A stretch of 64,000 bases of DNA from Octopus sinensis (taxonomy: Eukaryota), in contig NC_043004.1 of the NCBI RefSeq assembly GCF_006345805.1, positions 94,550,001-94,614,000 of the forward strand, in the 5' to 3' direction. Positions 12,691 through 26,038 of the stretch are shown here, one piece after another. The position numbers were made by a program, and so were the translations under genes. Numbering within the stretch: the stretch's first letter is position 1; each line of letters begins with the position of its first letter. Under the pieces are notes generated by a model. The model ran no database searches and was not told the DNA's origin. It saw only the letters and a list, made by a program, of their open reading frames with translations.

Positions 12691-13132
12691 TGGATTTTAC
12701 TTTTCATTCTTCTGTAGAATAAGTACCAGCAATTTACTCAGTTGATTTCATTGGCAATATCTTCCTTCTAGACATGATTTTTGCACTCATGTTAGAAATC
12801 AATAAATATGAATTCCTCATGACTTAGTAAAATGGTAAATTGATAGAAATGTTACAATGTCAGGTAAAATGCCTTGCAGTGTTTATTCTTGCTCTTTACA
12901 AACAACCATAGGACTTTCTGAATGGCATGCCTAATGAATGTTTTTAATAATGAATCACTTGATTGGGACTGTGTTAACATTATAGCCCCCCAATCATTGG
13001 ACAAATCATTGCACAGGGGCTATATTATTTATTTATTTATTTATTTATTGAGAGTAAGCCACAAAAGTCATGGATCAGAATTGGGCCACTAAATCTGTGA
13101 GATCCTTGGGCAACTGCCCAGTGTGTTCATAC

Positions 13133-13175
13133 CTTGAGATGGCACTTCACCTGATGATGAACCAAGGTTACTCAT
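13133..13175 (-). CDS. Candidate initiating coding exon part (MSNLGSSSGEVPSQ)
   Basis: ATG at 13175 with upstream in-frame stop, donor AAG|gtatga, acceptor ccctag before 13228. The phase-1 end fits exon 6788-6679. Confidence 0.25.
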
Positions 13176-13384
13176 GCCTGCTTCACAACCTCAGTTCAAA
13201 TCTAAGCTCAACCTTACATATTATCCTCCTAGGGTTGATGAAATAAAATATCAGGCTGGGGTGGTAGATTTATAGAACAAATTCATCATGTTGGATGTTT
13301 CATGGTATTTTGTTCTGGCTTTTATGTCCTGAATATCCAAGTTGATGTTATTATACTTCAGAGTATTTCTGGCATATTGTCAAG

Positions 13385-13415
<31 letters not shown>

Positions 13416-13419
<4 letters not shown>

Positions 13420-13711
13420 TAGTTTTATCTTTATAGCGTGCTTTCACTTCACTACCGAGTGCAGCTCTGTGTGCCTTGGGTATGTGCTATGATTTGTTGT
13501 GATGCTCTGATGGTTATTGTATGGAAAGTGTTCTGCGTAGGATGTGTGCAGTGCCTAGTAGTGCAATTTTCTGTATGTTATATATGTTTGTAAGTCCTGG
13601 TGATTTTGTTATGTATTTGTCTGAATATTTTTTTATCATGCCTAATCATCATCCCTACTATGATAGGAATTGTTTCTGTTTTAAGATTCCACATTCTGGT
13701 TACCTCCATTA

Positions 13712-13712
<1 letters not shown>
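13416..13712 (-). mobile_element. R4/Dong-like (RLE-type) non-LTR retrotransposon 3' end inside (TAA)n
   Basis: Minus strand encodes EVTRMWNLKTETIPIIVG..NIQKIALLGTAHILRRTLSIQ*, typical of RLE-clade C-termini. (TAT)n flanks both sides. Confidence 0.65.
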
Positions 13713-13760
<48 letters not shown>

Positions 13761-13802
13761 CATTATTGTCATTATCATTATTATTATTATTATTATTGTT
13801 AA

Positions 13803-13839
<37 letters not shown>

Positions 13840-14249
13840 GTGATATGATATGTATTAAGGTGGTGAGCAGGCAGAACTTTTGCATGCTGGGCAAAATGCA
13901 TTGCAATATTTTGTCCGACTTTACATTCTGTGGTTGACTTTGCCTTTCATCCTTTTGAGGTCGATGAAACAAGTACCAGTGGGAACACTGGGGTCGATAT
14001 AATCAACTAACCCCCTCCTCCCCAAATTTCACACCTTGTGACTATAGTAGAAAGGATTATTATAATGTGTGTGTCTGTGTATAATATATATATATGCACA
14101 CACACACGCACACACACATACACACACACTCACATATGTATAGATGACACCACTACCATAAAGTTGGGGCAAACTTTGCATGTGTTTTTTTGCACTGAAC
14201 CAATGAGATCCATCCATTCATCCATCCATCCATCAATCCATCCATCCAT

Positions 14250-14282
<33 letters not shown>

Positions 14283-16020
14283 AGGCCAGCTAGCCATCAA
14301 GCCAGTCAGCTGATAAATTACTGTTGCTAATTCAATGATGTCATATCCATGCACAAAATAAATTAGCACATAAAGTTGTACCAAAGATGTGGTAAGATGA
14401 AGATATTCATGTTGTTTGCAATTGATAATTTTCTTTTTTTTTTTTTTCCAATTTATCTATTTTTTTTATTATATGTTTTTGCTTGGTATGGTTACATTTG
14501 TCTCTAACCTGGGGATGGGTGCTTTGCTAGATCTAATTCTCCTGTTTGTCAACAACAGGACTTTACCTAAGAAAATGCGAACTTCCTAAGGATATATTAC
14601 TGAGATAATTAAAATAGATTTTTCTTCTTTCTTACCACATGCATACAGACACGTGTGCATATATATATATATATACAAACATCTTTCAATATATAAATAC
14701 ACCCACAAACACACACACATGTGTGTGTGTTTATACATCTTTCAGTGTGTAAATACACACACACAGACACACATATATATATATGTATGTATGTATGTAT
14801 ATTTGTATGTATGTATGTATGTATGTATGTATGTATGTATGTATGTATGTATGTATGTATGTATGTATGTATGTATCTATGTATGTATGTGTGTATGTAT
14901 GTGTGTATGTATGTTTGTAAGTATTATGTATGTATGTATGTATTTAATACCGGTGAAGAAGTGAGTGAATTCATTTTTGCATTAAATAAAGGTGTTTAGG
15001 TTTGTGTATGAGATAATATGTGTATGAATGTGTATGAGCACATTAAATGTAAATATAAAGTAAATATATCTGCCATCGTTTTTGATGATAATTGTTCATT
15101 TAATTATAGTAAAAGTAACTGAGTATTCCACAGACGTGTGTACTCTTAATTTAATTCTGAAACAAAATATATCTGGCTAGCTGATGGCTTTCTGCAGTTT
15201 TCATCCACTCAGTTTCCACACATATGGTTTGGATTAATTGAAACTTAGGTAAATAATATTTACTGAAGGTGCAACACTGTGAGATCAAACCTAAGACTTC
15301 ACAATGGTAAACAAATTTCTTTGTGATTTGAGCTTTCTTGCTCTCCTATTTTAGTGATTATTAACATAAATGCCTTCTATTTTTGAATAAAGTTGTCATT
15401 GAGAATATTACATTTTGGTTGCCATAAGGGCTTGTATGTTGTAATAAAAGATCTTTTTGAACTTCACACTATTTCTTTTGATTAGTATTTTCCCTTTTGA
15501 TAGCACCTAGTCCTATGTTGGCAATTAAATTTGGTTGGTTTGTTTTTCTAGTGTGTGTAGAAGCTTGGTTGTGATTAGTGATTTGTTTAATTTTGCAAAT
15601 TTTGGCTAAAAAATTTTTGCTAAAAATTACGCAAAGTCCTTCTGAATTGAAAAGGTTTCATTTCTGTTGAGAGTTACCACTCTTTATGAGTGAGTCACAT
15701 GGTCTGTCTTTGTTAATGAAATAGTGAGACTTCAATACCATCTTGAACAAATGAACACTTTATTGCATTTATTTCATCGAAATGCAATTAGATCGAGCAC
15801 GTAAACAAGAAACCTGAGTAATGGTTTTGGGTTCAGCTGAATAAATATCATTATACTGTGCACTATACATTGAAATTTTCTCTTGTTTGTTACAAACGAT
15901 GTATATTTTTACTCCTTTCAGTTGAGCACTCTAACTGAATTGAGATCATAATGAGGAGTAATAAAATAAAAAAGCATCCTATGGCCTACCGACTAAAATA
16001 TTAGGCTGACACCAAAATAC

Positions 16021-16427
16021 TCTCTTACTCTCTCTTTTACTCTTTTACTTGTTTCAGTCATTTGACTGCAGCCATGTTGGAGCACCGCCTTTAGTCGAGC
16101 AAATCGACCCCAGGACTTATTCTTTGTAAGCCTAGTAGTACTTATTCTATCGGTCTCTTTTGCCGAACCGCTAAGTGACGGGGACGTAAACACACCAGCA
16201 TCGGTTGTCAAGCAATGCTAGGGGGACAAACACACACACACAAACACACACACACATACACATATATACATATATATACATATATACGACAGGCTTCTTT
16301 CAGTTTCCGTCTACCAAATCCACTCACAAGGCATTGGTCGGCCTGGGGCTATAGCAGAAGACACTTGCCCAAGATGCCACACAGTGGGACTGAACCCGGA
16401 ACCATGTGGTTGGTTAGCAAGCTACTT
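16021..16427 (-). mobile_element. tRNA-headed SINE, family C (body); 5' tip displaced to 18784-18822
   Basis: Matches intact copies at 34716-35121 (-) and 53017-53412 (+). Interrupted by the 16428-18783 insertion. Confidence 0.9.
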
Positions 16428-16711
16428 TATTTCATTTAATTTGCCACAAGGGCAGTACACAGATAGTAGCTACGGGCTGGACATAGACATTAAGGAATGA
16501 TGGTGATGGAATGAAGATGGTGATGGGAGAAGACGAAAGCGCCCGCCGACCCCCGCTTCTCTAAAACAATGTTCTTTTTCAATAATTTTACAAATTTCAA
16601 AATTTCACAAAATACAAAAATTTCACAAAAATTCCAAATTTTACAAATCACAATTTCAAAAGTTTTTCCAGAGGCAATAAACCTCCATCACAATATAACA
16701 CAAATACAGGT

Positions 16712-17898
16712 TCACGTTACCCGACCGATGAACGCTCTTGCTTTATTGACGCCATCGTTCGTCGTCAGGCCCCCGCATACAGGTATAATTTGATAGGAGT
16801 CCTCCGGGAAAGACTTCTCGAACCGGCACCGATCGTCATGGAGTAGGACCTCCGCAGCCAGCTGCGAAGGCCACTCGGGACACTCCATGCAGGACCGAAG
16901 TCCCTCCCATTGGTTTCTCTTCCTCATTTTACCCATTTCATCTTCTATTGTTCCTCCTTGTAGAAGAGGACCACATAATATTTCCGGCCACACAACCACA
17001 AACGGCGGAGGAGACATTGGAGACGCTGTCTGTGTGTTACAATCCGCTGGCGGCGTCCGTTTCTCTTCTTTCTTTTTTTCTTTTTACCATGGGCCACGGG
17101 AGGTTGAGGTTCCGGTGTTGCACACGCCGGATCCACTCTGTCTCCCGTAGCTTCCTGGTCTTTTAGTGGGTCACCATTGTTCCCCACTTTTCGTTTCTCG
17201 TTGAGGAAGTCTCCGCTTCCTCGTTCTGTTTCTCTCCCTCTATTGGTGGGGCAGGGAGAGGCTCCGATATCAACTTCTCCAGGATCTTACTTTGGTCCCT
17301 GGGGCATTTCTTCTTATGTGGCCGGTCTCCGACACAGGTGACACTTGGGGCGCGTCCCTCTAGCATCACCGGATACTTGGACCCGGCCATCTTCAGGAAG
17401 TCCGCAAACCAGACTCTGGCTGACTGGGTCCACAGAGTCAAAGTAGCCTTTCCTCCTTCCCAGTTAGCCGCAGGCTGCATTTTCACATTCAGGATCTTGG
17501 CGCTACCACCGCTCAGACCCCGGCGGATGGAATCTTCCACCCACTCGGGCTCAAAGCCGGGCGGCAGGCCACAGACCCATAATGTAACAATTTTTCCCCC
17601 TTGTAACTGGGGAGAAACAGAATCTCATCGCCCTCAATGGGCTGGCTTGCAAATTTGCAAGCTGCTTCAGCGGAGTCAAATAGCAACCATACCGTTGCGT
17701 ATTTGACTCCCCGTTGAATAAGTTTAACGGCTGGCATATAGTCTGCCAGCTCGTTCACAATGGTGTCTCTCGGAAAAACCATTATGGTGTCGAGTGACTT
17801 TGAATATGTCCTCAACACCACGGTCTTTTCCTCGAGTTCGTGCAATATTTTTTGGGAGGTGTTAATTCCCACACAGTGAAATTCTTTGCCTTTGCCAT
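16712..17898 (-). pseudogene. Frameshifted gag-like ORF1 (~400 aa; RRM-like segments plus CCHC zinc knuckle), L1/Tx1-like
   Basis: ATG 17898 MAKAKNFTVWELTPPK / ILHELEEKTVVLRTYSKS..VWLLFDSAEAACKF / KIVTLWVCGLPPGFEPEWV / reconstructed CHLCxETGHIRRKC (C-X2-C-X4-H-X4-C) at ~17305-17345 / basic tract / stop at 16712. Confidence 0.7.
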
Positions 17899-18241
17899 AA
17901 CGTAAAATACAACATTCAAAATGATAAACTAAAATTAGCCACAGAAAGGAGAATGAAAAAATGCAACAGAAGGGAAGAAATAAAATTAAAAATGGCAGTT
18001 CAAAAAAGTTTTTACGAATAAATAATAGACAAAGAGAGTTCAATTCAGACAAAGGAATTCAGTTCTTTTTTTTTTTCCACTTCTTCGGCCAAAAATTGTA
18101 ATCCAGGCCAAATGCACTGTTGGTAAAACCCTTGGTAAATAATCCTTGGTAATCCGTGGACAACACAACGACAATTTCAACAATAGTTTTTTTCAGACGG
18201 ACTATGCCGCTTCAAAAATACAATTTCTTTTCACTCGACAC

Positions 18242-18700
18242 ATGCTAAAACACATTCATGCAAGTAATAAAACTTCACTAACTAAAAACATAAAACGCCT
18301 ACCCGTAGTCGATTCGAACATTCAACATTTCACGTTGAAACAACGCGACATCAATACAATTTTCTTTCCACTCGACACAGGCAGAAAAATTACATCTGGA
18401 GCAAAGTGGAGCCTTATTATTTGCTAAAAAATATTAAATGCTAAAACACATTCATGCAAGTAATAAAACTTCACTAAACTAAAAACATAAAACGCCTACC
18501 CGTAGTCGATTCGAACATTCAACATTTCACGTTGAAACAACGCGACATCAATACAATTTTCTTTCCACTCGACACAGGCAGAAAAATTATATCCGGAGCA
18601 AAGTGGAGCCTTATTATTTGCTAAAAAATATTTAATGCTAAAAAACATTAATGCAAGTAATAAAACTTCACTTCGCTCACAAAAATACAAAATTCCTACC
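18242..18700 (-). repeat. ~196-197-bp tandem monomers in the 5' UTR of the ORF1-only element
   Basis: ATGCTAAAA(C)ACATT(C)ATGCAAGTAATAAAACTTCAC begins at 18242, 18438 and 18635. The first two units are nearly identical and the third diverges. Confidence 0.9.
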
Positions 18701-19559
18701 TTTAGTCGAGTCGAAAGTTCAACAATTCACGTTGAAACAACGTTCATCTGGAGCAGCAAAAAAACACGTCCGAACAGTTCAGAGGTTAGCAAGCTACTTA
18801 CCACACAGCCACTCCTGCGCCTGTTAAAAATTTCTAATAGAGCTAAAAACATATTAGAAAAATGAAAGAGAAGTATGCTTTGACAGAGACACTAATATAA
18901 ATTTAGCTTTAAATCCAACTGGATCTCTTCAGATGACAAACTTGGGGACATTAGAAACGATCTAGTTATGCTCATGGAAGCACTTTCCAAGTATACTAAA
19001 GAAGCATTTATCACTTCATGAATTCAAGTAATATATACATGTTTACAATTCACCCAAGGCTTTTCCAGGTGGTGCTATTGAGTTAGTCATGGTCTGGGCT
19101 GGTAATGGCTGAAACCAATCTAAGTTATATCTAAGTTACATCTAAGTTACATACAAGCTGACAATAACCAAATGCTTTAAAAGAACTACACAAGATTACT
19201 TACAGTAAATTGTTATTAAATGACTTAACCAATGCACCAAAAAAAGAAAAGACCCAGACTCATAAAGCACAATAAATGATGATTCAAAAACTCTTGGGAC
19301 TTATTTGAAAGTAAGAAATTGAATAGAACATTTCAACTTATGCAGACCTTACATACTATTAAAGGTCCACATAGACAACTCCACAACTGCTCTAGAGTAC
19401 AAACACTTTAATCCAACAAAATGTGAACTATGGATAATCAATAAGCATATTTTAGATACTATGAATACAAAAGTAAGACACACAACAAACTTATGATGAT
19501 GAAATTGTAGTAGTACCACTATCAAGTGGTTTATCAATATCTAAGACAAATCCAAGAAC

Positions 19560-20105
19560 AGATTTACTCAGTATGAAATTGTGGATTCCTTCCAGCCCAT
19601 TTTAATAAGTCTTCTCCTGAAAGCATTAGAATTTAGCAGAACTTATACTGCCATAACTAACACTGATATCAGAATGATGATGAATGCAAAGAAGCATGCA
19701 TAATTTTGGACAATTCTTTGTGGGTCAAGAAGTGGCGAATGGAACTTGTTGATTTATATACCTGTGTGGGTTTGATGGAATAGGAATTTTGAATATAGTC
19801 AGATTATACATACTATGTATAGAGTAAAACGAAACAAGATCTAATAACATTACAGTAGAATTTACAGAGATGATGGACTCACTCTATCTCAGAATGACAT
19901 AGAATAGGCAAAGTGAAAAAGAAAGTGATCAGTAATCAAAACTTTTAAAGTATTTGTTTTAAAGTTATGATAAAAACAGGCTTGAAGGTAGTAAATCTCC
20001 TAGATGCAATATTCAACCTAAATATCAGCAGACATCATCTGTATTGCAAAATTAAATTAAAAACAATACATATAAATAGGAGCTACAATCACCTGCCCAT
20101 GATCA
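19560..20105 (+). mobile_element. Decayed Penelope-like reverse transcriptase fragment
   Basis: FTQYEIVDSFQP, RIYRDDGL (19857-19880), KVVNLLDAIFNL and HINRSYNHLP match PLE RT motifs (FIQFDIVDFYP, GLYRDDGL, VNFLDV, SNHPP). Confidence 0.7.
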
Positions 20106-20147
20106 TACATATTAGACGACATTACCAGATGCCTGCCTAAACTATTG

Positions 20148-20390
20148 TGGAGGCGTGTAGCTAAGGGGTTAGATTGTTGCAATCATGATTGTAAGATTGT
20201 GGTTTCAATTCCTGGATCAGGTAATGTGATGTGCTTTTGAGCAAAACACTTTATTTCATATAGTTTCAATCCACTCAGCTGGCCAAAATAAGTAATCCTG
20301 TGGTGGACAAGCATCCCATCCAGGTGGGGAATATATACACCACAGAATCTGGGAAACTGGCCTTATGAGCCTATGGTTTGGGTAAGACCT
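20148..20390 (+). mobile_element. tRNA-headed CORE-type SINE (family A), old copy
   Basis: GGAGGCGTGTAGCTAAGGGGTTAG..GTTTCAATTCC head, then TTGAGCAAAACACTTTATTTCA..CCACTCAGCTGGC. Confidence 0.7.
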
Positions 20391-20922
20391 TTGACCTACT
20401 TTTTGATCTAGAGTATTATTGAACGGTTCACAAACTACGATAGTGTCATGGCTTGAAGTGGCTTCAACACTATGCTGTAATACATAGAATAATCTGTAAC
20501 AAATAGCAAAAATAGAAAAATAGGAAAATGATCTGGTTTAATCCACCCAATAGGTTGTATTCACAAAAGTTGATAGAAGCTTTCTTGCATTAATCAGTAT
20601 TCACTTCCTTTCTTCACACTGATGCCACAAGATTTTTACACACACACACTGTTTATTACCACTATAGGTACTGGCACAAATACCAATATTTTACTGTTCA
20701 TTGAGTTTTGCCCATGATGTTGAAAAACTCAGTAAAGAGTGAAATGTTGGCACTTGAATCAGTAGTTATAACATTAATAAATAAATGTATGATACACCAT
20801 TATATCATAAACTGGTACTGAGGTCTTTATTTTAGTTTGTGGCTTCTGTTTTATTAAATGAACACATGTTAATATACACAAAGAAGCAGAGGCATGTTGC
20901 TTGCATATTAATCTTTCTCTCC

Positions 20923-21000
<78 letters not shown>

Positions 21001-21203
21001 GTCTTTCTTTTCTTTTCTCCTTTTTTCTTTTCCTTTTTTTTCTTTTTTTCTTTTGTTTTTTCTTTTCCTTTTTTTTCCCCTTTTACGATCCCTTTTGATC
21101 GAAAACCTACGCCACCTTTTTTCTTTTTTTCTCCCCCAAAAGAAAAGCTCTACCTTGTAACTTGTCCCATCTGTGTGTAGCCCTGTGTGGCCAATAAAGA
21201 AAC
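21001..21203 (+). mobile_element. L1/Tx1-type LINE 3' UTR fragment within (TATC)n
   Basis: Near-identical to 26860-26984 (TTTACGATCCCTTTTGATCGAAAACCTACGCCACC..GTGTGGCCAATAAAGAAAC). (TATC)n on both sides. Confidence 0.7.
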
Positions 21204-21207
21204 TTAA

Positions 21208-21273
<66 letters not shown>

Positions 21274-21315
21274 GTTTATCTGTTTATCTATCTATCTATC
21301 TATTTAACTATCTGG

Positions 21316-21346
<31 letters not shown>

Positions 21347-21743
21347 CCTATCTACCTATCTATCTATTCATGCAACACACATGACAGACACATGCATGTA
21401 TACATACACATATACATACACACATACATACATACATACATACATACATACATACATACATACATACATACATGTGTAAAGATTGAAACTATTCTATAAC
21501 CACACTTCTTTTCTTTCCCAGTTTGAAAACTGATTTTGTCCGATATAAACAAGATTTAAAAAAAAAACCCTTGTGAAGATCTTCATACACTCTTTGTGTT
21601 CATTTGTAATGGAATTGTTACCATTTTTATATATTATATATTATTATTAAGTATTGTTGTTGTTGTTATTATTATTATTATTGCTGTTATTACTCAAAAG
21701 AAATCTCTTATTATTAATAATATTATTATTACCGTTATCATCA

Positions 21744-21820
<77 letters not shown>

Positions 21821-22016
21821 ATCATGGAGATTATTTTATTCTAATTCTTTTTTTTTTTTTCTTTTTTGCTTCTCTTTTCTCTTCTTTAACAAACCTATTG
21901 AATGCCAAAATGTTATCAGCACCGAAATCAATTCTTTAAGACTTTGCTTTGAATTTTCTCTGTTTAATGGTTACACCACCACCACCACCACCACCACCAC
22001 AACTACTACTACTACT

Positions 22017-22120
<104 letters not shown>

Positions 22121-22499
22121 AACTGCTGCTACTGCTGCTGCTACTGCTGCTGCTGCTGCTGCTTGCTGCTGCTGCTATTCTTCTTGCTTGCTTGTTTGTT
22201 TATTTATTTATTTATTTATTTGCGTTGTTGTTTTTGTCTTGTTTTCTGTTGAACGAATATCAAATATTATAGTCAATATTGTACGTCCAATACCGATGAT
22301 GTAAAGAACTAACGCTATCGATTGGCCATTTCACTGAATGATATCCAATAAACGTTCCTTCAAAATAGATTCGTTTGTTAAAAAGAATGTCATTAAACGA
22401 AATGCTATTGCTTCCTTTTATCGGCTCTCTATTGCTCATGGCTGATGGTGGCGAAGGTGGCATTGCCGTTGAAGATGATGGTGGTAAGGGTGCTGGTAC

Positions 22500-23420
22500 G
22501 GTAAGGATGATGGTGGTGGTGGTAGTGTATTGGTGGCCAGGTGGTTATGTTGATGGTGGTGATGGTGGTGGTAGTGTATTGGTGGCCAGGTGGTTATGGT
22601 GATGGTGGTGATGGTGGTGGTAGTGTATTGGTGGCCAGGTGGTTATGGTGATGGTGGTGATGGTGGTGGTGGTAGTGTATTGGTGGCCAGGTGGTTATGG
22701 TGATGGTGGTGATGGTGGTGGTAGTGTATTGGTGGCCAGGTGGTGATGGTGATGGTGGTGATGGTGGTGGTAGTGTATTGGTGGCCAGGTGGTTATGGTG
22801 ATGGTGGTGATGGCGGTGGTGGTAGTGTATTGGTGGCCAGGTGGTGATGGTGATGGTGGTGGTGGTGGTGGTGGTGGTGGTGGTGGTGGTGTATTGGTGG
22901 CCAGGTGGTTATGGCGGTGGTGGTGGTGGTAGTGGTGGTGGTGGTGGTAGTGTATTGGTGGCCAGGTGGTTATGGCAGCGGCGGTGGTGGTGGTGGTGGT
23001 AGTGTATTGGTGGCCAGGTGGTTATGGTTATGGTGGTGGTGGTGGTGGTGGGGGTATTTGCGGCCAGGTGGTTATGGTGATGGTGGTGGTGGTGGTGGAG
23101 GTGTATTGGTGGCCAGGTGGTTATGGTGGAGGTGGTGGAGGTGTATTGGTGGCCAGGTGGTTATGGTGGAGGTGGTGGAGGTGTATTGGTGGCCAGGTGG
23201 TTATGGTGGCGGTGGTGGTGGTGGTGGTAGTGTATTGGTGGCCAGGTGGTGATGGCAGTGGTGGTGGTGGTGGTGGTGGTGGTAGTGTATTGGTGGCCAG
23301 GTGGTTATAGCGGCAGTGGTGGTGGTGGTGGTACTGTATTAGTGGCCAGGTGGTTATGGTGATGGTGGTGGTGGTGTATTGGTGGCCAGGTGGTTATGGT
23401 GATGGTGGTGGTGGTGGTGG
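22500..23420. repeat. G-rich minisatellite, core GGTAGTGTATTGGTGGCCAGGTGGTTATGG separated by variable (GGT/GAT)n
   Basis: Roughly 20 core copies with variable spacing. Confidence 0.9.
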
Positions 23421-24707
23421 TGGTGATGGTGAACGTTGTACTGGTGATGATGGTGGTGGGCATTGGTGGCCAGGTGGTTCTGGTGGTGGTGATAGTGATT
23501 GTGAGGGTCCTGTTGGTGATGGTGATGGTGCTGGTGGTGATGGTGGTGATAATAGTGGTAGTAGTAATAGTAGTGATGGTGCAGGTGGTGGTGAAGGTGA
23601 GGGTGGTAGTGGTGATGGTGAGTGTGGTGGTGATGGTGGCCAGGTGTTTATAGCATATGGTGGAGGTGGTGTATGGCAGTGGTTGTATTGGCATAGGGTA
23701 CATGAAAGTGGAGGTGGTGGTGGTGAGGGCGGTGGAGGTGAGGGCAGTAGTGGTGTGGTGGTGATGGTACTGGTGGTGGCAGGGTAGCAGTGGTACTTTT
23801 TCTAATGGTGAGGCAATGATGATGGTGTAGGTGAAGATTCTGTTATTGGTAGCTTATTGATGATGGTGGTGGAATTGTATGTTAGCGGTGGAGTCAAATG
23901 TTGGTGGTGGAGTCGTATGGTAATGGTGGTAGAGTCATATGGTGGTGGCTGTAGAGTCATATGTTGGTGGAATTGTATTTTGATGGTGGAGTCATATGGT
24001 GGTGGTGGTAGAGTCATGTTGGTGGTGGAATTGTATGCTGGAGGTGGAGTCGTATGTTAGTGGTGGAGTCGTATGTTAATGGTGGAGTCATATAATGATG
24101 ATGGTGGTGTTGGTGGCGTTAGTGTTGGTGGTAGTGTTGGTAATAATGGTTGTGTTGGTGTTGGTGTTGGTGTTGGTGTTGGTGGTGGTGGTAGTGTTGG
24201 TCATAATGGTTGTGTCGGTGTTGGTATTGGTGGTGGTGGTAGTGTTGGTCATAATGGTTGTGTCGGTGTTGGTGTTGGTGGTGGTGGTGTTGATGGCATT
24301 GGTGTTTGGAGTCAGTGGTGGTGCTGGTGATATTGGTGGTGTTGTTGGTGGCCATGCTGGTAGTGATTGGTGGAGGTGATGTGAAGACGGTGGCGCTTTA
24401 TATCCAAATGCTTTCTATTTCTGAGAGAATCGTGTTGCTTTTACAGTTTGTTTCTTGGTATTTCAAGAAGCAAAACAAGAATATAACCATTTGCAAGTAA
24501 TCAATAGCTTTGTGGAAAAGTTAAACAAGAACGAAACAAAGCATAAAATGACAACAACAACAGCAGCAACAACAACAACAGCAACAGCAAAACAAAACAA
24601 TAGATAAAGAAATTATTAATAACTAACAGCACACATACATTACAGATACACACACACACACACTCATATATACTCATATATGCATACATGCAGATATACA
24701 AGTGCAA

Positions 24708-24741
<34 letters not shown>

Positions 24742-24895
24742 TTGCTACCTTCGTAGGTTTTGCCTGACTAAAATTAGATCATAAGATATTAAGAAAATTG
24801 GTACATATTCAATGCAACATATTCTTCTATTTGAGGTAGAAGTGGAAGATGTATGTGTGTTTGTGAGTGTGTGTGCTATGTGTGTGTATGTGTGT

Positions 24896-24951
<56 letters not shown>

Positions 24952-25494
24952 ATATTTCAGCAGACTGACACCAGTAAATGAAAGTTCTTTTTCAATACCA
25001 GCTTCTGTGTTTCTAATTGAAATTACTGATGCATTAGAAATGAAGTAGAATGGAATGGAATAAAAGGAAACAAAAAAAAAAAACGAAAACAAAAGACAAA
25101 ACAAAAGGACGAAATCAAACAAACAAACAAATAAATAAATAGATAAATAGATAAATGAATAAATAAATAGAACAATAAATAAATAAATAAATAAATAAAT
25201 AAATGAAAATTAAAACCTGAGAGGAGAAAAGAAAGAGGAAAGTGAAATTGTAAGCAGCCGAAGGTGAGGCTGAGGAGATTGTTTAATCAGCAACAGATCT
25301 TGGGACGGATTTAGAAGAATTATTTGTGGGATAACATTCTGTAAATATGGACAGTTATTGCCTTGTGGTTAAGTCCTTCCTTCTTTCTAACTTCACTTAA
25401 GTTTTTCACTTTTTCTTTGTCTGTCTGTCTGTCTGTCTGTCTCTTGCTTAGCTCACTTCTTGTTTTCTCTTGACTTTCTTCTACCATCATTTTA

Positions 25495-25515
25495 TTAGTC
25501 TATCTACTTTGCTAC

Positions 25516-25587
<72 letters not shown>

Positions 25588-25594
25588 ATATCTA

Positions 25595-25626
<32 letters not shown>

Positions 25627-25715
25627 CCTACCTTCCTACCTACCTATCAATCAATCACTCAATCACTCAATCAATCAATTTATCTATCTATCTGCCTACC
25701 TACTTACTTCCCTAC

Positions 25716-25813
<98 letters not shown>

Positions 25814-25867
25814 GTCTGTCTGTCTGTCTGTATGTACCTCTCTACCTACCTACCTACCTACCTACCT

Positions 25868-25911
<44 letters not shown>

Positions 25912-25965
25912 CTCAATCAATCAATTTATCTATCTATGTGTCTATCTGCCTACCTACTTACTTCC

Positions 25966-26038
<73 letters not shown>

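Larger units (their letters stand above)
16428..18783 (-). mobile_element. ORF1-only (HAL1-like) non-autonomous non-LTR retroposon, 2356 bp, 16-bp TSD
   Basis: TSD GGTTAGCAAGCTACTT at 16412-16427 and 18784-18799, 5' tandem monomers, single gag-like ORF, no RT/EN, 3' end GCCCTTGTGGCAAATTAAATGAAATA. Confidence 0.8.

Noticed and set aside
22500-23790. Gly/Tyr/Trp-rich ORFs (YWWPGGYG) resembling suckerin-like cephalopod structural proteins
   Set aside because: Unit lengths are not multiples of three, so frames rotate and hit TGA repeatedly. It is a non-coding minisatellite.
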